From NCBI GenBank assembly GCA_964350645.1, contig CAYGJY010000001.1, positions 399,939 to 463,938 of the forward strand: 64,000 nucleotides of DNA. Direction: 5' to 3'. Position 1 is the stretch's first letter. Every line of letters begins with the position of its first letter. This DNA comes from an uncultured Candidatus Saccharibacteria bacterium (GTDB taxonomy: Bacteria; Patescibacteriota; Minisyncoccia; Phycocordibacterales; UBA918). A program made the position numbers and the translations under genes. A model generated the notes under the pieces. It saw only the letters and a list, made by a program, of their open reading frames with translations, did not search any database and was not told the origin of the DNA. This document shows, in pieces, positions 20,901 to 29,900 of this stretch.

Positions 20901-23900
20901 TGGCTTTAAAGTACAGCTCGCCCGTCTCGCCACCAGTAGAGATTGACACAATCTCACGTGGTACTTCAGTCAGTCCATCACTCTCTGTGATGCGGATGTC
21001 GCCGCCATCGGCATTTACGTTAGCAAAGAAACTGCTATCAAAATCTGATAAGTCAACGTAGACCGGGAAATCAGTCAGATCATCATCAACCTCGGTCGCA
21101 TTGATGGTAATAACGTCGCGATACAACCACGCACTATCAAAGTCACCGCCTCGAACTGGTGTTCCTTGGCGAATGCGCACATCATTAAAACTCGAACCGT
21201 TAGCAGTAATATTGTCAGCACTTCGTGCCAAGAAAAGCACTTCTCCACCATTAGCATCAAAGGCGCCACTACCAGTAGTTGTGAAGTCGCGCGCTATAGA
21301 AAGTTGGCCACTTGGGAATACGACCGTACCATTGCTGATAGCAAAGGTGTTACTGGTGGTTGCGTTCGTATCGAGGAAGCTCCATTGCGCACTACCCGTG
21401 AACGACACATCATAGAAGTTATTAAGGAAAACTGATCCATTGGTTTGAATGGTCCTAGTGCCCGAGCCAGTAAAGCGAACTTCAGCATTATTGTGAGCAA
21501 AAGTACCACCAGTATTGCTAAATGATCCACCAATGAGCGTCGAAGTAGTTGGCAGTGTGACTGTACCAGTTGCGATCGTGAAGTCACCCAACATAGTGAC
21601 ACTAGTTTGGTTAAATGATACTGATCCACCATCTGTCGTTGACGCCCTAAAGCTATAGAGTGACGAACCACCAGTAGTAATGACCGCATCAGTAGCTGTA
21701 CCAACAATTGCTATGGTTCCTGTGCGGGCCGTGAATACATTGTTGTTGGTGAAATCACCTTCAAGACTTAGGGTGAAAGCTCCACCTGCGTTTAGTGTGT
21801 CATTGGCTCCGATAGTCAGACTGTCAGCCAATACACTCGAACCGAGACGAACAGTCTTAGCTGTACCATCAACGATAACAGTACCAAGATTTTGTTTTGC
21901 TGCACTGTTGTCGGTCCAGATTGATAAACCAGCGCTGTCAAATGTCGTAGTCGCAACCCCGCTGATAACGCCACTGCTTTGGATCGTCACATCACCAGCT
22001 ACGTTGATTGTCGATGAAGAACGATCAAAGGTACCAAACGCCACGACCAAGTCATCAGAAAGGTCAATCGGATTATAGCTCTGCCACGTCGCAGAACCTG
22101 AGCCAGAGCCGAAGGTAAGATCATTGAAATCAAGCGTGCCATCAGCATCAGAGAGCGTTTCGCTACCTGCCGTAGCAGTGAAGACTACTGCCGCTGTACC
22201 AGTCGTCAAATCACCTTGGTTATCCCATGAACCGCTGACATTAAGCGTATTACCTGAAAGCGTCGTTGTCCCATAGTTCACAAAGTCATGGGTAGTAATA
22301 ACTTCATTAGTAGATGTGGCTGGAATGAAGACATTATTGCTTCCTATATATAGATTGGCATCACTACAACTACCCACTGCACACACCAATAAGTTACCAC
22401 TACCATCAACATCGAAGAAGACATTGTCGTTACCGGTTGTGCTGTTATCAGAGGCTGCGAGCTTGCTGAGGGTGATTGTTCTCGTCTCATCAGAGGAGAA
22501 GCTTAAGTGCTGCTCAAACAACTCAACTCCAGTCATGTCGCCCAGACCATCGTATACAAAGACTCCCACTGCTTCTTCTGCATCGTTTGTCGTCGATGCA
22601 AAGACTGTCACAGTATCGCCGGCAAACGCTGTGACGTTGCTGATACTCCAAATCCCAGCCGTTACCACACCGGTTCGATTAGCCACGCCACCATTAACAG
22701 ACACTGTCACCGTAGCATTAGCAACATTAGTCAAACGATCATACTCTTTAAGTGTTCCCGTCATCGTAACTCCCTCTGACCACTCGACAGTCCAGTCATC
22801 AAGTGACGGGCAGCTGGCAGCAGCACACTGGAGTGTGGCAAATAATCGAATGACCGGATAGGTAGCAACATCAACTCCTGTCAAGTCAACTGGTGAAGAC
22901 GTAAAGCCAGTGCTATTACCTGGAAGATCCACATCAGGAATCAGCTCCCATAAACCACCACCTGTTTGGTATTGAATCTGCAGTGTAGTTGTGCCAGAGC
23001 CAGTTGAGCTAAACAATGCCCGGTCAAACTTTGGACCAAGACCATCACTGAAGAGCACTTCTTCACTGGCTATAGTGCCCGATAATCCGCCTCCAGAAGA
23101 GCTTTCGCGAGTGATGATGCCCGTACCATTTTCAAATGCTAAAACTGAAACGTCCTCTGTCGCGTGATTCCCAGCTGATGCCCCAATTTCAGCAATAGTG
23201 ATATCAAGGTCAGTGGCAGTGACAACCGTATCTGTATCAACTTGAGCAAACCCTCCATCACCACCATTGTTCGCGTTGTTTTGTACCACTATTACTTGTG
23301 GTGCCGAACTAAATGTCTGATTAAAGGTGGTCGCTGATTCAGTTTCAGATTCAGTAATGGTATTGCCCGTATTAAAGGCATCGAATAACGTGCCGTTATT
23401 ATCACCAGTACCAACTTCAAAAGCAATATAATCAATATCCTCTGGTACCCGAACCGTATCAGTATCAAGTGAGATACCCAGAGAAACATGCATCTCAGTG
23501 GTACCAACTTCACCAGTCTGTGTTCCATCGTCAACAAACGCTCCAACCCATTTTGAGCCATTAGCTGAAGAGACTGTCACGAGAGCTCCTGGGGTACTCC
23601 CAAAGTCAGGATTGAAGTCAACCACTGACCCAGTGGTGTAGCCTGGATTGCTACCCTCAACTACCGACACACTTTCTTGAGTTCCGGCAATAATGCGTAA
23701 ACCGCCGCCGCCATCTTGAATCTGCCAATCTCCGGCTTCCATCACAATGTAGTCAATATCGGTTGCACCTGCCAACGAGAGAGTATAGTTTTCTGCCTTA
23801 ATTTCAAATGAGTCAGCCGTCTTGTTACGAACCTGAACAGTACGTCCGTTAGTAGAGCCATTAAAAGCGTATTTCGGTGAAGCTACTACTACCATGTTGT

Positions 23901-26900
23901 CGTAGGTGAGCAAGGTGTTGACGGTCGTCCAGTCATTATTATTGACAGTGGTTGTCCCATATTCACCAATGTCATTACTCAGCTCGATCGAATCAGAGGT
24001 TGATGCAGTTACACCATCAAGCACTCCTTCAGCAAATTGAGCCTGAGTTGTTTGGAACCATGTTGAGATACTGACACCCGTATCAACAGTAAAGTTATCG
24101 GCTACAGACCAAGGTGAGAATGAGTTAGACGCGTCTGGGTCTTTAGCCCTGACCCGCCACCAGTACGTCTCACCATCTGATAACGGTGAACCACCCGGTA
24201 TCGTATAGGTGATGGTGTCGCCGGAGTTAAACGGTCCGGTGTCAGCTGGCGTTGTCAGGTTTGCAAAATTAGCTGGTGTTGTTGTTGAATTAATCGTAGT
24301 CGAACTAGTCAAGAAGGTCGGATCTGTACTGTACGAGATTTCATATTGAAGATCGTCGCCTTGTGGGTCAGTCGTAGTGAAGTCAAACGTTGGTGTTGTA
24401 TCAACAGTCTTTTCGTTATCAAACGGGTCACCGAGTGTCGGTGTCTCAACTCGCTGCCCCCACGTCACGCGCCAATCAAATAGCTCAGGATTCACTCCTC
24501 CAAAATTAGCTACCAACCTGATTTCATTGTATGTAACAGTGTCTAAGTTGAGAATATTGATTGGTCCGGAAGTAAAGCCGGCACTGTTGCCAGGCAAATC
24601 ACTATCCGGAATATCCTGGAAACCAGATCCGGTGTTGTATTCGATTTGATACGTAATCGTACCCGCATCGTTAAAGTCGACCTCACCCCACGCGTTCCCT
24701 ACATCAGCATCATCAAAGTCAATCGGTGTACTAACTACCTGCGCTGTTCCCGCTCGAATAATATCACCTGAGCTATCTTCGAAGGCAATGATTGCCACGT
24801 CTTCATCAGCATGACCTCGGTCTGCCCCATTTCCTCCTTCTTCAACTGAGACGGTTACATCTGTTGCAGTTGGGGGTGTATCTGTATCAACTTGAGCATA
24901 ACCTCCTTGAGTACCATTCATAGTAGACATCTGCACTACCACTACCCCTGGTGCGCTGCCGAATGTTTGTGCGAAATTAAAGGTATCCGGTACATCATCC
25001 ACGAACCCAGCAGTCCCATCGATCCCAGTATTAAAGACATCAAACGGTACTAAATTGTTTGTCCCTATTCCAGTATCAAATACAACTATATCAATATCCT
25101 CTGCAGCCGTATGACCATTGGCGTCTAGGTTGTCATTGAGGTATACACTCACCTGTGAGGCTGTTGGTGGATTTGAAATATCATTCCCGTCATAGACACT
25201 TGAGACTACCCAGTCCTGGTCATTGATGGTGGTCACCATTGTCATCACCGCTGGCTGGCCACTAAACGAAGTCGGGAACACGATGTCAGTTCCACCTGGA
25301 TCAGTCGGAATGGTATTGCCAGCGATCGCTGAAACGCTCGTGCTCGTAGCAAAGACTCTGAGCCCATCATCTCCATTGTCCATGAGATAATCGCCTGCTT
25401 CCATCACAATGTAGTCAAAGGTTGAAGTACCGGAAGAATCTTTAGAGAAGTTTTCTGCTAAAACATCAAAGGTAGTCGCAGTCTTATTGAAGACTCTGGC
25501 AGCTGGCTGATTTGGACTAGCGATACTCCGAGCATATCTAACCGAACCAACCACTACTGGGTTAGTAAATGAGTTGTTGAGATTAACAGTAGTAGTAGCT
25601 CCGTTAGTAAGTGCGACTGAGCCATACTCACCAATAAGTGAACTACCACCAATGTCGGGCTCAATCGAATCACTACCTGATGAGACTGCACTTGAGAGTG
25701 AATTCGTTTCAAACTGCTCATCAGTAGTCTGAAACCACTCAGACACAGTGATACTCGTGTTAATCGTAAAGCTTTGTGGTGATGTCCATGCACTGAATGT
25801 ATTTGATCCGTCTGGGTCAATCGCTCGCACGCGCCACCAATACGTAACTCCATTACTCAGTGCAGACGGTGGTGTATAGCGAATTAGTTGTCCATTGTTG
25901 AATGGAGTTTTGTCAGATGGAATCAAGACGTTTGCAAAATCAAACAGATCAGTATCTGAATTACTATCGATCAGCGTACTAGCGAAAGTATTATCAGTAC
26001 TCACTTGTACTTGATAATCGAGCTCATCCCCTCCTTGATCAGACGCCACAAATTCAAGCGTCGGCTGCGTACTTGATGCGTGTTCATTATCGAAACGCTC
26101 AGTGGTAATTGGGGTTTCTGGAGGGCCAGCGGTTGCGAGTTCCGGGTACGTAGTATAGGTAACTAATTCTTCTTCAGTTGACCGAATCATGCGGAAACAA
26201 TAATTTGCGTTCGGAGTAATTACGCCAGATACTGCAGTTATTACCCAGTCGAACTCGACCGCTTCGCCATTTCCAACTTCATTTGGTAACGTAGCACTGA
26301 AATTTTGTTCTTCATAGGAAGCCTCAACGTCACTATCACTCAACAGAGTACTCGGTAACGCATCCCCGTCAGCCACACCAGCGTTGTCATAACCAGCAAA
26401 GGCGGCCGTAGTACTGCCAATATCACCTAAGTCACGCCAGCTATTATCGGTGACCGCTGCGCACGAGTTCGCCTCAGCATATTGCAGAACAAAAGCTGTT
26501 GAATCAACAGTACCAGTTCCATTATTTGCCAAGAGATTCATGCGTAAACGAACAACATCTCCTCCATTCAGTGATTCAGTACCAGTGATGGCATCTCCTT
26601 CATTAGCGGAATCTCCATCATCAAGTGGCCAGGGTGTTGTCGGAGTTATGGCGTTTGTGTTGACATACCAGCGATAATTTAATTGTTCGTACTGAGCATC
26701 TTGATTCTCCTCTTCAGCACCAAAGGTTGAATTAAGATAGAGTGCATTAAATTTCTTAGCCTGAACAGCACTCCAAGTATTTGTTTCGTCATCATTGTCA
26801 AGACCAGTTTCAATGTGGTCATAGTACATGTAGAACGGTTTGTTGTCCGTAGCTACTACTTGAGTTCCTGGACCATAGTCACTGGCTGGATTAATGTTTA

Positions 26901-29900
26901 ACGCACCAGGATACTCACCTGTTGGAGTACAGGTACCAGAATCAAGAAAACCTCCAGCTGCGGTTTGGACTTCGATATTCACCTCTCCAAATCTTGGGGC
27001 ACACACTATGCTTACGTACTCAGCTGACTGAGGAATGATGTAGCGGGTTCCAAATTCAGGTGTCGGCAAGAAACGGCTGGTTTCAGTTCCGTCACCGTCA
27101 GCTTCTTGTGAAGCACCAATCGGACTAGTCTGATTGGTGAGACGTACACCATCTCCTGCCCCGCCAGAACCATTGGCACAAAAACTGTTACTTTGCTGTG
27201 CTCCCCGATTCATTCCCGTAGTTGTTCCGTTAGCTGTGCCACTAGAACAATATATCTCCACACTAGTGCCGCTAGTGATAGCTGCGTAGCGATAGTTGTT
27301 AGAGCGCACTCCATATAGATCACGCAGAGTTGGCGGATAGGCTACAAAACTGTCTCCCGGACTGTTCTGATAGAACAAAATCGGTTCGTCAGACTCGACC
27401 ACTGGAACGTCACTGCCACCGAGTGTAAGACTAAATAAGCTTGTTGCCCCTGCAGAGATTGTTCCACTGACAGTTGGAGTAACAGCTGCTCCAGCAAATA
27501 CATCTACGGCCGCAGCCGTAAACGGTGCGTGTATGTACAGGTCTTCACTACCACGGTTGGTAGAACTAATATGCGTAGTCGTAGCAAACGAGATAGGGAC
27601 CGGCGGCTCACTCGAGTTATCAATTGAGCGTGCAGTAATTGGCCCAAGAGCACTAATAACTGAAGTGGAGGCATACTGTGCTGAAGTAAATGAAGTCGTC
27701 TCCCCACTCTGCAGCGTTACCGGCGCACCACCATCGATACTCACTTCGTTATTGTCGATCAAGCTGTAGACGACGATATCGTTCGTTTGGGTATCGTTGA
27801 CGACATAGTACAAATCCGTAGTGGTGCTGTATGTAAACGGCTCGTACTCATCACTTTCACTCGTAGCTGAATCATTGCCGTAGTAAAGATAGATAGTTGA
27901 TGTAGCGTTGCCCGGCACCTCATTTACTTGTACCCAGATATCAGCTTCGTCAGCAGTATTATCGAAGTGCTGTACCCAATGATCGAGTTCATTGAATGTA
28001 GTAGGGATTACAACCTGACTGGTAGACGTAGCGTAGAAGTCTGTACTGGTAGACTGGTTGCGGAAAGAAGCTGAAATCCAGTCAGCTGACAACACATTGT
28101 CATGCACTCTGAATTCGTCTAAGAATCCCTCGTAGTTCTGTTGATTGTCCCCTACAGACAGACAACTTGTATCCTGCTCACCTCCAATCATAATACAATC
28201 AGCCGGTACCGAGAGAGCCGTCATTGCTTCAGCCGAAGGACTTTCATTATCCTCAACACCGTCAACATATAAACGCCATTCGCTGCTGTTAGCATCACGA
28301 ACCACAACCATATGCTTCCAGCCAGTACCAGTTACGTCTTTATCAAAAGTAAATATATCTTGGGCACTACCATCAAACAGTGTGATCTGAGTGTTGCGCA
28401 AGAATAAAATGAGCTCATTATTAGCGCCCGCGTTAATAATCGATTGATCACCATTTTGTGACGTATTGAACCAGAAAGAAAACGAAAGTTCGTTCTCACC
28501 ATTTAGGGCATCACTTGGGACCAAAATATAGTCATCTGGATTCGTATCACGAGCCAATATTTCTTGTCCACGGCCAAGCTTGCCACTCTTTCCAGTCGCA
28601 GTAATCTCGTCATCTCCATCATAGTCATTGCTAGTAGCATCTTGATATAGACCAGCATTTCCATTACCAGACGCATCTTCTTCAAGGTGGTAATTGAGAA
28701 TAAAGCCATTGGTCCAGACACTCTCTGATCCAAATGGATCATCTGCCACATAGCCCGGGGCGGCTGCATTGCCGTAATAAATATAGAAGGTAGTGTCAAC
28801 ACTGCTCGAAATACTGTCAGCCTTGAAGTGCAACTCACCGGTTTCTGCGCCGGTATCAATTGACACGATTTCTCGTGACAATTCACTCTGTCCATCAGCC
28901 GTGGTAATTCGAATATCATCTCCATCAGATTGGACATTAGCAAAGAAGTCAGCTCCAAGATCGGCAAGATTAACGTACACCGGGAAGTTACTCAGCGTAG
29001 CGTCAACTTCACTGGCTTGAATGGTTATTGGTAAACGATTATCCCAGTTGACATCATACCAATCGTCAGTATTGCCAGGTACTTCTTGAATAAAGCGGAT
29101 GTCTGAACCGTCACTGTTTACGTTAGACCAAAAATCACTTTCTGCTGGGGTAATTTCCAAGAAGACTTGCTGTTCGGTCGACGTTGCCCCATTACGATTA
29201 TCAATCTCAATTGGCTTTCGATACCGCCAGAGACTACTCCAAAACGGGTCGAGAAGTCCATACTCACTATCTCCAATCGCCTCTATCCAAAACTCACCCT
29301 GTGTAAACGGTGGGAAACTAATCTCCATCTTAAAGTACTTGGTTTCTCCTGGTGCAATCTTGTAAGTATTTGGGGTGTGGTTACTCACTTCGAAGTGATC
29401 GGGAACAGGCTTGATGTCAGGTCCAAAGCCAAAGAAATCAAACGTCTTTTTTACTAGACCTCGCGTATCTGGCGGAGTCCCGGTCGCAATTGGTTCTGAT
29501 TCCCAATTTGGTAGATACTTGGTCATTTCATGTTCGCGCACTTTTACGTTATCTACCACACAGCTAGTGTTGTCACCATCGAGTGAATCACAAGTCCGGA
29601 TAATATTCGTATCACGACACGAATACATTTGAGCTGCATCTTCTGTACTTGTTAAGCTTGATGAAGCCGTCGACAAGGAAGTAGTCGCTCGGATACTTGA
29701 TGTACCCACCGCTGGAATATTAAGAGCAGACATTGCCTGAGCAAACGGCAAAAGTGTTTGTCCAGCTGAGCGGAATGCAGTTGTTGTAGCAAACAAATCC
29801 TCTTCGGGTACGGCTGTGGCTGCTGGCGTCTCTGAAGCAGACTCAGTATCAAGCACTTCAGAAGAAACACTCTCTGGTTCAATTTCATCAGGAGTAGTAA